Virus record (IMG/VR): IMGVR_UViG_3300046170_000478
Span: 1 to 64,000 of that record
Direction: 5' to 3' (one strand)
DNA: 64,000 nucleotides
Origin: a virus
In this document: positions 26,798 to 36,959 of the stretch, one piece after another
Position numbering within the stretch: position 1 is the first letter of the stretch
Layout: each line of letters opens with the position of its first letter
The notes under the pieces: generated by a model
Database searches by the model: none
What the model was told of the DNA's origin: nothing
What the model saw: only the letters and a program-made list of their open reading frames with translations
Program-made: the position numbers and the translations under genes

Positions 26798-26995
26798 TTA
26801 CTTGCGAGCATTACGCATATCGCGCAATGCTTTTGCTGCTTGCTCTCTGCTAATGGTGATTGTGCTGAATGTGGCAGGTGCGACACGGTAGATTAAAGCT
26901 ACTCTCTCAGTATCATAGACTCTGATGGCGAGGTTTTGGTTGTCGTACATGGTGCAGTCTTTTTCTCTTTGAATGTTGATGTGTGTCGCAGTCAT
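26798..26995 (-). CDS. Hypothetical protein (leaderless)
   Basis: TTTACA-18-TAGAAT-6-ATG. Confidence 0.65.
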   Translation of the reverse strand: MTATHINIQREKDCTMYDNQNLAIRVYDTERVALIYRVAPATFSTITISREQAAKALRDMRNARK

Positions 26996-27034
26996 GGGAG
27001 TATTCTAGTATAAAGTCGGGGCTAGTGTAAAGAT

Positions 27035-27199
27035 TTATTTTGATTTTTTAAAGACTACTTTGCCAGTCTCCATAGTAGCTTTCCAGTCGATAGGGTTGGC
27101 TTCGCGCTGCTTTTCGCGCTTCATTGCATCCTTGGCAAGTGAATCGCGAGCATCCAAAACTCTTTCGTGGTAAGTGCGGCCTGTGTTGTTTGCTGTCAT
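27035..27199 (-). CDS. Small protein (54 aa, leaderless); not in the ORF track
   Basis: TTGTTT-17-TATACT-6-ATG; MTANNTGRTYHERVLDARD...GKVVFKKSK. Confidence 0.65.
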   Translation of the reverse strand: MTANNTGRTYHERVLDARDSLAKDAMKREKQREANPIDWKATMETGKVVFKKSK

Positions 27200-27247
27200 G
27201 TGGGTAGTATACATTAAAAATTGATTTTAAACAAGCTTTTTCTGCTA

Positions 27248-27658
27248 TTATTTTGAATTTATTTCAGGGTATTCTATAACCTCGTCATCATAGATTTTAC
27301 CGTTCAGGTCTGGGTCTGACTGTATAGCGCCAGTGTATTCCTTGCCCTCATAGGTGAAAGCTACTAAGTGAGTAGCCCAGCAACCGTCTTGCTCGACTAC
27401 TTCCCCAAACTCTATGGAGTCCTTGACTTCGCCATAGGTGAACGCTCTCTCTTTGATGTCGGTGATCTCATCGGCGTGGTTTTCCTTTGGGTCAACTGCA
27501 CAAGCTGCGATGATACCCTCATAGCATTTACCTTTATATATAAACTCGCAATGCCAAGTGAACTCCTCAGACATATGGCCAGTTTCAATTTGTTCAGCGA
27601 TAACATCAAAAGTAAGATCTTGGACTGACTTTGTGGTGATTGAGGTAATCTCTTTCAT
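27248..27658 (-). CDS. Acidic hypothetical protein with an internal duplication (leaderless)
   Basis: TTTTAA-17-TATAAT-6-ATG; two similar halves (FIYKGKCYEGII / FTYEGKEYTGAI). Confidence 0.7.
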   Translation of the reverse strand: MKEITSITTKSVQDLTFDVIAEQIETGHMSEEFTWHCEFIYKGKCYEGIIAACAVDPKENHADEITDIKERAFTYGEVKDSIEFGEVVEQDGCWATHLVAFTYEGKEYTGAIQSDPDLNGKIYDDEVIEYPEINSK

Positions 27659-27832
27659 GGGGGAATTATATACTGAGATAAGATTTTTTAAAAGCTTTTT
27701 CTGTATAAAAATTCATTTTTTTTAGCTGCAGAGGGGGGAGGGTTTTTTGAGAATTTTGAACTTTTAACTTGACTGGATTTCGGCGGGGGGGTGGTGTATT
27801 CTATAAACAAGTGGCCAATTGAGAGTTAATGC

Positions 27833-27838
27833 GTGTAA
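27833..27838 (+). promoter_or_regulatory. GTGTAA late-promoter-like motif (representative copy)
   Basis: Also at 8054, 33462, 35426, 41720, 41730, 43096, 46051 and 63019, each at or near a gene boundary upstream of a late-type gene. Confidence 0.6.
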
Positions 27839-27850
27839 CAAATAACACAA

Positions 27851-28531
27851 ATGACGTTTGGAAATAAAAACTCATTATTGTTGGGTCATATAGAATTGAC
27901 AGAGAAACAAAGTAAATTCCATAAGATAATGCGTAACCCTGAAACAAGGGTTGTATTTATTAGTGGGCCAGCGGGGACTGCGAAGACATTTTTGTCTGTA
28001 TATACGGCGTTATATAAATACAATGAGGATAATCTGCTTAATATATTATATTTGAGGAGTTTGGCTGAGAGTGCGGATAAGGGGATGGGTTTTCTGAAAG
28101 GAAGCATGGATGAGAAGTTCAATCCGTATTTGGGTCCGTTAGAAGATAAATTGGATGAATTATTAAATGGGCCAGAAAAAAAACAAATACAAGACAGGAA
28201 AGTGTTGGAAGCGGCCCCGATTAACTTTTTGAGAGGTGCTACATGGAAAAACAAGATGGTTATAGTGGATGAGGCACAAAATATGACAACAAGAGAACTT
28301 ACAACTATCATCACCCGCATTTCAACTAACACTACGTTATTCTTATGCGGAGATACGATGCAAAGTGATATTAGGTCTTCTGGTTTTAATAAGTTTTGTA
28401 ATATATTTGATGATGACGAAAGCAAGTCGTTTGGGATACATCATTTAGAATTTAGTAAGGAAGACGTTATGAGAGACAAAATCATAAGTTATTTAGTAGA
28501 TAAAATTGAAAAAAGCGAAATAAAACAATAA
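27851..28531 (+). CDS. phoH: PhoH-like ATPase
   Basis: 'GPAGTAKT', 'GFLKGS', 'FLRGAT', 'VDEAQN', 'LCGDTMQSD'. Confidence 0.92.
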   Translation: MTFGNKNSLLLGHIELTEKQSKFHKIMRNPETRVVFISGPAGTAKTFLSVYTALYKYNEDNLLNILYLRSLAESADKGMGFLKGSMDEKFNPYLGPLEDKLDELLNGPEKKQIQDRKVLEAAPINFLRGATWKNKMVIVDEAQNMTTRELTTIITRISTNTTLFLCGDTMQSDIRSSGFNKFCNIFDDDESKSFGIHHLEFSKEDVMRDKIISYLVDKIEKSEIKQ

Positions 28532-28539
28532 AATTAGCC

Positions 28540-28905
28540 ATGAATAAGATTTTCTGTGTATCCTGTGGTTTCAAGATCTTATATGAGGTCGCTAAGCCCA
28601 AATTCTGCTCTAGCTGTGGGAATAGCTTAGGTTCTATTTCTTCTGCAGCCCAAAAAGAAGAAGAGGAAGAGGTTTCTGATCTTGATATTGATTTGAGTAA
28701 GCTAAAAAGAGATATTGTTGTCGAGAACGACAAGCGAAAAACAAAAATTGAGGATATTTGGGGTTCTGTCACTTCTTCGGAGGCAAATGGCCCTCAGGAA
28801 AATTTTTCCCGTCCTGAATCGAGAGATCCTGACGGGCAAGAGCTTTTGGATAAGACTATTAGAGATTGTTCGTCCTCACGTATGAGGGATATAGATGGAG
28901 AATGA
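28540..28905 (+). CDS. Zinc-ribbon protein
   Basis: 'FCVSCG...KPKFCSSCG'. Confidence 0.75.
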   Translation: MNKIFCVSCGFKILYEVAKPKFCSSCGNSLGSISSAAQKEEEEEVSDLDIDLSKLKRDIVVENDKRKTKIEDIWGSVTSSEANGPQENFSRPESRDPDGQELLDKTIRDCSSSRMRDIDGE

Positions 28906-29572
28906 TTTTGAAAGTCAACGCCCTGATTTAGAAGACCTTTTAAAAAAATATAGACCGAAGTGGCAACTAACCGCCATAGCGTGGATGGATTACGATGATG
29001 TATGTCAAATAATCCGATTACATATTTTTAATAAGTGGCACCTTTGGGATCAGAAGCGACCCTTTAAGCCTTGGGCTTCCATGATTATCTCTAATCAGAT
29101 TAAAAACTTGATTAGGAATAATTATTCAAGTTTCGCCAAGCCTTGTTTAAGATGTCCTCATAATATGGGGTCAGATAGTTGTGCATTAACTAAAAGCAAG
29201 GAGCAAGATATCAGTTGCGCTGATTTCGCTAAGTGGAAGAATAAAAAAGAAAAAGCCTACAATATTAAACTTCCACTAGCTTTAGAGGAAGGTTCATTCA
29301 CAGGGACTACTACATTAAAGGATCATGTTGATTATACAGATTCGTCTAAGCGCCTTCATGAATTAGTTATGAAGGAATTGAATGATAAGCATAAAAAGAT
29401 ATATTATCTCCTATATATTGAAAATGAGGATGAAAATGAAATAGCGAAGCAGTTTGGTTTTAAAGCTGATTCAGTGAAAAGAAAAAAACCCAGATATAAA
29501 CAAATGGCAAATTTAAAAAAGAAATTTTATCAAATTGCGGTTAGAATTATGAAGGACAACGATATTTTATGA
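28895..29572 (+). CDS. Phage RNA polymerase sigma factor-like protein
   Basis: Region-2-like 'DYDDVCQ..RLHIF.KW..WD..RPFKPWA..IISNQIKNLIR' and region-4-like 'L...HKKIYYLLYIE...NEIAKQFG'. Confidence 0.7.
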   Translation: MENDFESQRPDLEDLLKKYRPKWQLTAIAWMDYDDVCQIIRLHIFNKWHLWDQKRPFKPWASMIISNQIKNLIRNNYSSFAKPCLRCPHNMGSDSCALTKSKEQDISCADFAKWKNKKEKAYNIKLPLALEEGSFTGTTTLKDHVDYTDSSKRLHELVMKELNDKHKKIYYLLYIENEDENEIAKQFGFKADSVKRKKPRYKQMANLKKKFYQIAVRIMKDNDIL

Positions 29573-30630
29573 ATGATATTGAGTTAACAGAGGAACAAAA
29601 ACAAAAAATCGAGGTTGAGTTTGCAAAGAACCCCGATTTAAAACATATTACTCAAATTGTATTTAATAACGACTCTTTAGATGGTCGTTCTAAAGAGGGA
29701 AGATGTGTCAGAGCCTTTTTAATTACTAAAAGTTTAGACTTTACTACAACTCTTGCGCCGAAAGCGGAAGAAGTTGATCTGACAAGCGAACAAAAACAAT
29801 TTTTAATGGGTAATAATGTTGAGAGAGGCATGAACGCTCTTGAGGTAGCTCGTTTGACCTTTAAGGATAGGGAGATTCAACCCTTAAGCCAACAACATAG
29901 AACGGTGATGGAGTATTTGCGTCGATACCGACCAGAAATCGTTGATGATAACGAAATGTTAACTACAGACAAGTGGTTATCACCGAAATCACTCTCTAAA
30001 TCAATTAAAAAGGTGAACGAGTGGGCTGGTCAGAACTTTGATGAAGTCAATATCCAGACTAAACAGAAAAAAATGTGCGAAAAGCTGCTTTTTTATCTCA
30101 AGAGTCCAAGATTTGTTCATTTCATCAATCAATACTCAACAATCGCAGACAGAGACTTATTTGAAAGCGAATTCGTAAGAACTGTTTGGGATAAGCCAGA
30201 TTTAACCAACGATGAGTTGAATTTGTACATAACTGTATGCACGAACTACGTTAGGCAAAAACACATCCAACAAAGAATCGATAAGTTGAACACTATGCTC
30301 AATGATACTGATAATGAGCGAGATTTGACCTTACGCCTTACTGAGCTTATAAAGGCCACTAGTGAGGAGTTGAATCAATGCGAGAAGAGAATTGAATCTT
30401 TGACGAAAGACCTTAACGGGAGCCGTCAGGCGCGTTTAAAAGCCAGAGGGGAGCAAAATGGAAGTATCGCGGCTTTGGTGGAGGCGTTTCAAGAGAAAGA
30501 AGAGCGAGAACGCATGATTTTGATGGCTGAGATGCAAAATAAGCTGATTGAAGACGAAGCAGATCGATTAGAGTCTATGGACGAATATAAGGCTCGCATT
30601 TTAGGAATATCTAAGAAGGAAATTTTATGA
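29569..30630 (+). CDS. Coiled-coil protein upstream of the terminase (function unknown; possible packaging factor)
   Basis: Long heptad-rich C-terminus and gene position. Confidence 0.6.
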   Translation: MNDIELTEEQKQKIEVEFAKNPDLKHITQIVFNNDSLDGRSKEGRCVRAFLITKSLDFTTTLAPKAEEVDLTSEQKQFLMGNNVERGMNALEVARLTFKDREIQPLSQQHRTVMEYLRRYRPEIVDDNEMLTTDKWLSPKSLSKSIKKVNEWAGQNFDEVNIQTKQKKMCEKLLFYLKSPRFVHFINQYSTIADRDLFESEFVRTVWDKPDLTNDELNLYITVCTNYVRQKHIQQRIDKLNTMLNDTDNERDLTLRLTELIKATSEELNQCEKRIESLTKDLNGSRQARLKARGEQNGSIAALVEAFQEKEERERMILMAEMQNKLIEDEADRLESMDEYKARILGISKKEIL

Positions 30631-31580
30631 GTGAATTTGTTTGTTTAGAGTGTGGGAAAGAGTTTGATAAAAAAAGGAGCTTCCACGCTCACTTGAAGGC
30701 CCATGCGCTTACTATAGGAGATTACTATGTGAAGCATTATGACAAAAGAGATTTATATACTAACGAAAAGCTCGCTTTTAGAAATTATGACCAATATATG
30801 CGCGACAACTTCAATACTTACGATAATTTTGTTTCTTGGATGGAATCTGCTCCAGAAGAGACTGTGAAAAGCTATATTAGAGGAAGAACTATAGAAAAAT
30901 TCAAACTAAAAGAAATAAAGGTTTCCCCACCTAATCTTTTTTATGACCTATCGGAAATGGCCAATATATTTTATTATAAAAAATTTTGGGGATCATACTC
31001 AAATTTTTTAAAAGAATTAGATGTAGAACATTACTTTAACAAAAATCTACCAAAAAAGTTCTGGGATGACTCTCACGAAGATATCCCTATATTCACAGAT
31101 ACAAGAGAGAAGGCTCCACTAACATTTAATGACTCTATAACTAATAAATTAGATTTTGGAGACTATACCGCCAGAGGCGACCTATACACAAAGACATTTG
31201 TAGACAGAAAGGCTCAAGATGATTTCAGACAGACGTTTGGGAAAGACATTGATCGATTCAGGAGGGAGATGGATAGGTGCGTTGAGTTCAACTCTTTTAT
31301 GTTTGTTGTGGCAGAGACTTCAATAGATAAACTAGAAGACCACAATAAAACCTCTAAGTTCAAATCTAACTTGGGGTACCTGTGGCATAACGTAAGAAAT
31401 TTAATAATAGATTACCCCAAAAATCTTCAAATTATTTTCGCTCACAATAGGGCGGGAGTAAAAAAACTAATCCCACTCATATTATATCATGGAACTGATT
31501 TATGGAGCGTGGATTTACAATATTTTATAGATAAAAGAATAAATGGCTTGGACAAAAGGAAAACAAGGATTTCGGCTTGA
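30627..31580 (+). CDS. C2H2 zinc finger + ERCC4/XPF-like nuclease
   Basis: 'CLECGKEF...HAHLKAH'; 'DTREK', 'LDFGDY', 'VDRK..DDF', 'RFRRE..R', 'FVVAE'. Confidence 0.7.
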   Translation: MSEFVCLECGKEFDKKRSFHAHLKAHALTIGDYYVKHYDKRDLYTNEKLAFRNYDQYMRDNFNTYDNFVSWMESAPEETVKSYIRGRTIEKFKLKEIKVSPPNLFYDLSEMANIFYYKKFWGSYSNFLKELDVEHYFNKNLPKKFWDDSHEDIPIFTDTREKAPLTFNDSITNKLDFGDYTARGDLYTKTFVDRKAQDDFRQTFGKDIDRFRREMDRCVEFNSFMFVVAETSIDKLEDHNKTSKFKSNLGYLWHNVRNLIIDYPKNLQIIFAHNRAGVKKLIPLILYHGTDLWSVDLQYFIDKRINGLDKRKTRISA

Positions 31581-33432
31581 TCACTCCTCTCAGGAACTGA
31601 ATAACTCTTTAAAGGAGATAGAAGGCACAATAAAAGAAGAAGAAGCTAAATATTTATTATATAAGTTTCTGAGGAACAATATCGCTTTTACATCAGAGCT
31701 TTTTTTAGGAGTTAAATTATTTCCTTTCCAAGCTATGGCAATTAAAGGAATGATGGTTTCTGATTATTCTATGTTTGTTTTTTCCCGTGGTATGTCTAAG
31801 ACGTTCTCCACTGCGGTTTATGTATTGATGGAGTGCTTGCTCAACCCAAATGCTAACATTGGTGTTATCGCAGGTAGCTTCAGGCAATCTAAACAGATTT
31901 TCCAAAAAATGGAAGATATTGTGAGTAAACCAGAGGCTAGTCTAATCAAAGAGTGTGGGTTCAGGATTCAGAAGGGAACTGACCAATGGACGATGACTTT
32001 AGGCAAATCTAGGGCGATAGCTCTACCTCTAGCTAATGGAGAAAGGCTCCGTGGATTTCGTTTTAATCGGATTGTATTGGATGAGTTCTTAACTATCCCA
32101 GAAAAGATTTTTAACGAAGTTATCATACCATTCCTTGGCGTGGTGGAAAATCCTATCGAGAGGGAAGAGCTATACAATCTAGAATCCAGAGTAATCGACA
32201 AAGGCGAGATGAAAGATGAGGATAGATATATTTGGCCAAACAACAAGCTTATCATCCTATCATCTCCATCATTTAAGTTTGAGTATATGTATAAATTATA
32301 TAAAAAATATGAGGATCTTATATTCGGAGTAGACAAAGAAGAAGATGACGAGGAGGAATTAAAAGATGATGCTTATAGGCTTATTATGCAATTAAGTTAT
32401 GATTGCGCTCCGACAAGACTGTATGACCAAAACCTACTAAAACAAGCTAAGGCAACAATGTCAGAGATGCAGTTTAAAAGAGAGTTTGGCGCACAATTTA
32501 TTGATGAGAGCGACGGTTACTTTAGATTATCTAAAATGGCTGCTTGCACAATCCCTGATGGGGAATTTCCCGCTGTAGAAGTTGTAGGTAATCCTAGCGA
32601 TGAATATATACTTGCTTTTGACCCTAACTGGGCTGGGAATACAAGTGCTGACCATTTTGCAATGCATGTCTTCAAAATAGATAGGGACGCTCAAAAGGTC
32701 TGTTTAGTTCATAGCTATGCTATAGCTGGCGTTTCTCTAAAGCAACATATGGAGTATTTTCTCTACCTGATCCAACACTTTAATATAGTGGGTATATGCG
32801 GAGACTACAATGGAGGAGTACAGTTTATAAATTCTTGTAATGAGAGCGCTTTATTTAAAGATGCTAAAGTGAAAATTGGAGTAGTTGAAGTTGATCTAGA
32901 AAAACCAGAGAATTGGAACTCAGATATATTAAATTTTAAAAATCAATATAATCTAAGAGAGAGAAATTATTGTATTTTAAGAAAACCTACATCTAACTGG
33001 ATTAGAAATGCTAATGAGATGCTACAGGCGGCGATAGATCATAAAAGAATTTTATTTGCTTCTAGAGCGATAGATAGTCACTTTGATTCACAAAGGAAAA
33101 AGAATATACCTATAGATAAAATAAAATGGGATGTCAAAACACCAAAGGCATCCAAGGGTGCCATGATGATTGATCTGATTGATCATCAAAAGTATGTAGT
33201 AGAACTTACAAAGTCTGAATGCGCTAACATTGAGGTCATAGGGAACCCACAAGGATCACAGGCATTTAACTTGCCTCAAAACCTCAGGAGACAGAAGGGG
33301 CCGAATAGAGCAAGAAAAGATTCTTATTCTGCCTTGGTTCTGGGCAATTGGTTTGCAAAGGTGTTCTTTGATTCAGAAAATGCTAATGAAGAGAGAAAGC
33401 CAGAAGGAACATTTATTCCTTTTGCTATTTGA
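31543..33432 (+). CDS. terL: Terminase large subunit
   Basis: 'LFPFQ', Walker A 'SRGMSKT', 'LRGFR', Walker B 'IVLDEF', 'F.REFGAQF', nuclease 'LAFDP', 'KDSYSAL'. Confidence 0.88.
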   Translation: MAWTKGKQGFRLDHSSQELNNSLKEIEGTIKEEEAKYLLYKFLRNNIAFTSELFLGVKLFPFQAMAIKGMMVSDYSMFVFSRGMSKTFSTAVYVLMECLLNPNANIGVIAGSFRQSKQIFQKMEDIVSKPEASLIKECGFRIQKGTDQWTMTLGKSRAIALPLANGERLRGFRFNRIVLDEFLTIPEKIFNEVIIPFLGVVENPIEREELYNLESRVIDKGEMKDEDRYIWPNNKLIILSSPSFKFEYMYKLYKKYEDLIFGVDKEEDDEEELKDDAYRLIMQLSYDCAPTRLYDQNLLKQAKATMSEMQFKREFGAQFIDESDGYFRLSKMAACTIPDGEFPAVEVVGNPSDEYILAFDPNWAGNTSADHFAMHVFKIDRDAQKVCLVHSYAIAGVSLKQHMEYFLYLIQHFNIVGICGDYNGGVQFINSCNESALFKDAKVKIGVVEVDLEKPENWNSDILNFKNQYNLRERNYCILRKPTSNWIRNANEMLQAAIDHKRILFASRAIDSHFDSQRKKNIPIDKIKWDVKTPKASKGAMMIDLIDHQKYVVELTKSECANIEVIGNPQGSQAFNLPQNLRRQKGPNRARKDSYSALVLGNWFAKVFFDSENANEERKPEGTFIPFAI

Positions 33433-33475
33433 AAAGTTCTAAAGTCACTTTTATAACTTTAGTGTAAACTTTGAT

Positions 33476-35431
33476 ATGGCTCGTAGATATACTAAACGCT
33501 CTGAATATTGGGAAAAGTTCAATAAGAAAAAAATTCCACTTGAAAACCTAATTCAACCTCAAGACGAGGGTTTTCAGCCAGAACTAATTGGAGAACCTGT
33601 TTTCAGCTCTGAGTCGTCTCGTTTAGACTCTCCCACAGCTAGAACGAAAGCTCGTACCAATGCTGTTGCCACTTCAGGCTTAGGTAATAAATTTGAGAAT
33701 ATCAAAAACGGAATCTTACCGTTTAACTATGAGAAAGACTCTGCAGACGCTAAAGAAGCAGTAGAACTTTGTCAAAAAGCTTATTTTAATATTTCTTCTT
33801 TTAAAGGAACGATTGATCTTTTGTCTGAATTTGCTGACTCGGAAGTATATCTTGAGGGGGGTACAGAAAAATCTAGAAAATTTATCGACGCTTGGTTTAA
33901 AAGAATCAAGATGCATGATTTAAAACAACAATACTTCAGAGAGTATTACCGATCAGGCAACGTCTTCTTTTATAGAGTAGATGGGAAAATACCTCTTAAA
34001 AATTCGCAAAAAATGCTAGAAGCTTATGGGGCTAGTTCTAGGAAAGAAATCCCTATTAGATACCTTTTAATCAACCCTACAGATATCGCAACCAAAGGCT
34101 CTGTTTCGTTTAGTGGCTATGAATATTTTAAAGTATTATCTCCATTTGAAATTTCTCGACTGCAAAAGCCAGAGACAGAGCATGAGCTAGAAATGTTTAA
34201 ATCCTTGCCAGAAGACGTTCAAGAAGCGCTTAAATCAGGGAAGAATGCTTATGCAATGACTAGAGTTCAAATTAAACTTGACCCACAATTATTGCATGTT
34301 GTTTTTGCTAAAAAGCAAGACTACGAACCTTTAGCGATACCCTTGGGTTATTCTGTTCTTGATGATATCAATAGAAAAATAGAATTGAAGAATATCGATC
34401 AGGCAATTAGTCGTTCTATTGAGAATGTAGTTTTATTAGTAACAATGGGCAATGAGCCAGATAAGGGTGGAGTCAATCACCGAAACCTAGCTGCAATGCA
34501 GCAAATATTTAAGAATCAGAGCGTTGGTCGGGTTCTTGTTTCTGACTATACGACAAAAGCAGATTTTATCATTCCAGATATCCGTAAAGTCGTAGGCCCA
34601 GAAAAATACGAAGTCTTAAACAGAGATATTGAACAAGGTTTACAGAATATTCTTATAGGGGAATCTAAATATTCAGATACTCAGATCAAAATGAAGGTTT
34701 TCTTCCAGAGATTAGAAGAGTCTCGTAGAGCCTTCCTAAATGACTTTATTAATCCCGAGATCAGAAGAATATGCAAGGCTGCTGGCCTTCGTTCTTGGCC
34801 AGAAGCTAAATTTGTTAGGACAGATACAATGGACGACAATAACCTGTCAAAGTTGGCCACAAGATTGATGGAGTTGGGAGTCCTTACCCCAGAACAAGGC
34901 ATGAAGGTTGTCCACACTGGAGTTTTCCCTCAAGCTTCTGACATGCAAGTAGCTCAAGATAAATTCAAGGAAGAACGTGAAAAAGGGCATTACATGCCTC
35001 TTGTGAATACAATTAATTTGTATAATGAGGAGGGAGAGGGTTCTCCAGAGCCAAACAGACCTCAAGCTATTGCACCGTCTGGAGGAAGACCTATTGGAGT
35101 TTCTAATTCTTCTTACTCAAAGAAAAACATTGTAGAAGCCACCAAAAGAATCAACGAACTTGAGATTTTAGCTTTCAGAGAATTCGCTTCAAAGTTTGGA
35201 CTTAAAAGGATGTCAAAGCAAAAGAAAGAGATGGTAACTCAAGTCTGTGAATCTATTGTTATAGCGAAAGATAGTGGTGATTGGGAGTCTACTTTATCAG
35301 AAATAGTTGAAGACTTGGACAAGCTATCTTCTCTCGCAGTAAATCAAAAAGTACTAGAATTGGGCTGCCAACATCAGCTAGATGACTTAGCTTCTGCTAT
35401 TTTATATCATTCAACTCAAATTTGCGTGTAA
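33476..35431 (+). CDS. Portal protein
   Basis: Follows TerL; 651 aa; 'IDLLSEFA...FREYYRSGNVF' portal-like segment. Confidence 0.75.
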   Translation: MARRYTKRSEYWEKFNKKKIPLENLIQPQDEGFQPELIGEPVFSSESSRLDSPTARTKARTNAVATSGLGNKFENIKNGILPFNYEKDSADAKEAVELCQKAYFNISSFKGTIDLLSEFADSEVYLEGGTEKSRKFIDAWFKRIKMHDLKQQYFREYYRSGNVFFYRVDGKIPLKNSQKMLEAYGASSRKEIPIRYLLINPTDIATKGSVSFSGYEYFKVLSPFEISRLQKPETEHELEMFKSLPEDVQEALKSGKNAYAMTRVQIKLDPQLLHVVFAKKQDYEPLAIPLGYSVLDDINRKIELKNIDQAISRSIENVVLLVTMGNEPDKGGVNHRNLAAMQQIFKNQSVGRVLVSDYTTKADFIIPDIRKVVGPEKYEVLNRDIEQGLQNILIGESKYSDTQIKMKVFFQRLEESRRAFLNDFINPEIRRICKAAGLRSWPEAKFVRTDTMDDNNLSKLATRLMELGVLTPEQGMKVVHTGVFPQASDMQVAQDKFKEEREKGHYMPLVNTINLYNEEGEGSPEPNRPQAIAPSGGRPIGVSNSSYSKKNIVEATKRINELEILAFREFASKFGLKRMSKQKKEMVTQVCESIVIAKDSGDWESTLSEIVEDLDKLSSLAVNQKVLELGCQHQLDDLASAILYHSTQICV

Positions 35432-35439
35432 TAAAAACT

Positions 35440-36939
35440 ATGTCATTGGATGATTTTAATATTTGTTTATTTGAAGGTAAAGTAAGGGAGATTAAAAATG
35501 AGGAGTTTGAGTTATTCGGGCTTTCTCAAGGCTCCATCCAAGAAGCTGCAGAATCTTTATTGCCAGAGGACTTTAATCCAGAAGAGAATATCGATGTTTT
35601 GCCTGTCGTCTTTAACTTGGCGAAGGTGAACGAGTTTAATAAAAATGGAGATGGTATTGATGCAGAAACAGCTATAGCGGCAGTAAAACGTTTCATTAAT
35701 AAGCCAATCAACATTGAGCACAAAAAAGATAAAATTGTTGGTCACATGATTAACGCCTCTTTCTCTGATAAGGAGTTTGACTTTAAGGATAATGACATTG
35801 AATCTTATGCTGATAAAAAAGAACCTTTTTATATTAATGCCGCAGGATTGATTTATAAATCTGTTTATCCAGAATTAGCAGAGGCTATCACAGAAGCCTC
35901 TGAAGAAGAGGAGCCGTCTTATCAAAGTATCTCTACCAGCTGGGAGCTAGCATTCAAGCAGTTTGAAGTGGCTGTTGGATCTAAATATCTAAACGAATCT
36001 AGCATCGCAGAAGGTGCTGAGAAAGAAGATCTAAAACAATATATTAGAGGATTAGGAGGGAAGGGAGTCGATAAAAATGGTAATCCTGTGAATAGATTAA
36101 TCGTCGGCCAAACTTATCCCTTGGGGGCAGCATTAACTAAAAATCCTGCCGCAGCAGTGAAGGGAGTTTATACAACAAAAAATGCTTTAGATAATAAAAA
36201 AGTAGAAAAAATTTCCCGAAATAGTAATATTAATGTAAACTCAAACAAATTAAAAAGTATTTTTAATATGGATAACGAACAATTTGATCAATTAATCTGT
36301 CAGTTGACCAAGAGTGTTGCTTCTGCTGTGAAGGAAGGCTCTGAGGCTAAAACTGTTAGCGAAAGTATTCGTGATACTCTCGTAGAACACAACGAGTCTT
36401 GGACTTCCAAGATGAAAGTTGAGCAGGAAGCTAAGGCTAAAGCCGAAGCTGAGCTTAGTGAGTTGCAAGACTCTTTTAAGCAAACAAAAGAAGAACTAGA
36501 CGCTCTTAGGGGTGAGGTTGAAGCAAAAGCTGCTGTTGACCTTTTCAATGACCGTATGAACTTTATTGATAGCGATTATGACCTTAACGAGAAAGAACTC
36601 GCTTTGGTCACTGCTGAAGTAAAAGATCTAGGTTCTTCCGAAGAAAATTTTAATTCCTATAAGGAAAAGCTTGAAGTGATTTTTGCTCACAAACTCAAAA
36701 AGAATATTGAGGCAAAAGAAGCAGAAATTAAAGCTCGTATCGACGAAGCAGTGGCTAGCCGTGAAGAAGGTGACGAACCTGAAGAAGAAGCTGCTGACGA
36801 AGAAGAGTCGGAAGAAGAGCTTGAGGTTGAAGGGGAAGAGGCTGAAGCTTCCATCCCTAATAACAACGCTGAAGCAAGCGAACAAATTTCTTTTGTCGAG
36901 AGGCTTAAGAAGAACTTCTCTGTAGAAGTTGCAAACTAA
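35440..36939 (+). CDS. Prohead protease/scaffold fusion
   Basis: 'NKNGD...FINKPINIEH...IVGH', 'STSWE', acidic coiled-coil C-terminus. ATG 35440 preferred as start. Confidence 0.7.
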   Translation: MSLDDFNICLFEGKVREIKNEEFELFGLSQGSIQEAAESLLPEDFNPEENIDVLPVVFNLAKVNEFNKNGDGIDAETAIAAVKRFINKPINIEHKKDKIVGHMINASFSDKEFDFKDNDIESYADKKEPFYINAAGLIYKSVYPELAEAITEASEEEEPSYQSISTSWELAFKQFEVAVGSKYLNESSIAEGAEKEDLKQYIRGLGGKGVDKNGNPVNRLIVGQTYPLGAALTKNPAAAVKGVYTTKNALDNKKVEKISRNSNINVNSNKLKSIFNMDNEQFDQLICQLTKSVASAVKEGSEAKTVSESIRDTLVEHNESWTSKMKVEQEAKAKAEAELSELQDSFKQTKEELDALRGEVEAKAAVDLFNDRMNFIDSDYDLNEKELALVTAEVKDLGSSEENFNSYKEKLEVIFAHKLKKNIEAKEAEIKARIDEAVASREEGDEPEEEAADEEESEEELEVEGEEAEASIPNNNAEASEQISFVERLKKNFSVEVAN

Positions 36940-36959
36940 AAAATTAACAATTATATATT

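Noticed and set aside
27025-27030. GTGTAA in the early island
   Set aside because: It overlaps the -35 box of a minus-strand promoter and has no + strand gene downstream.
20328-27850. tRNA genes in the intergenic gaps
   Set aside because: No cloverleaf or GTTCRA T-loop pattern recognised by eye; tRNAscan-SE/ARAGORN would be definitive.
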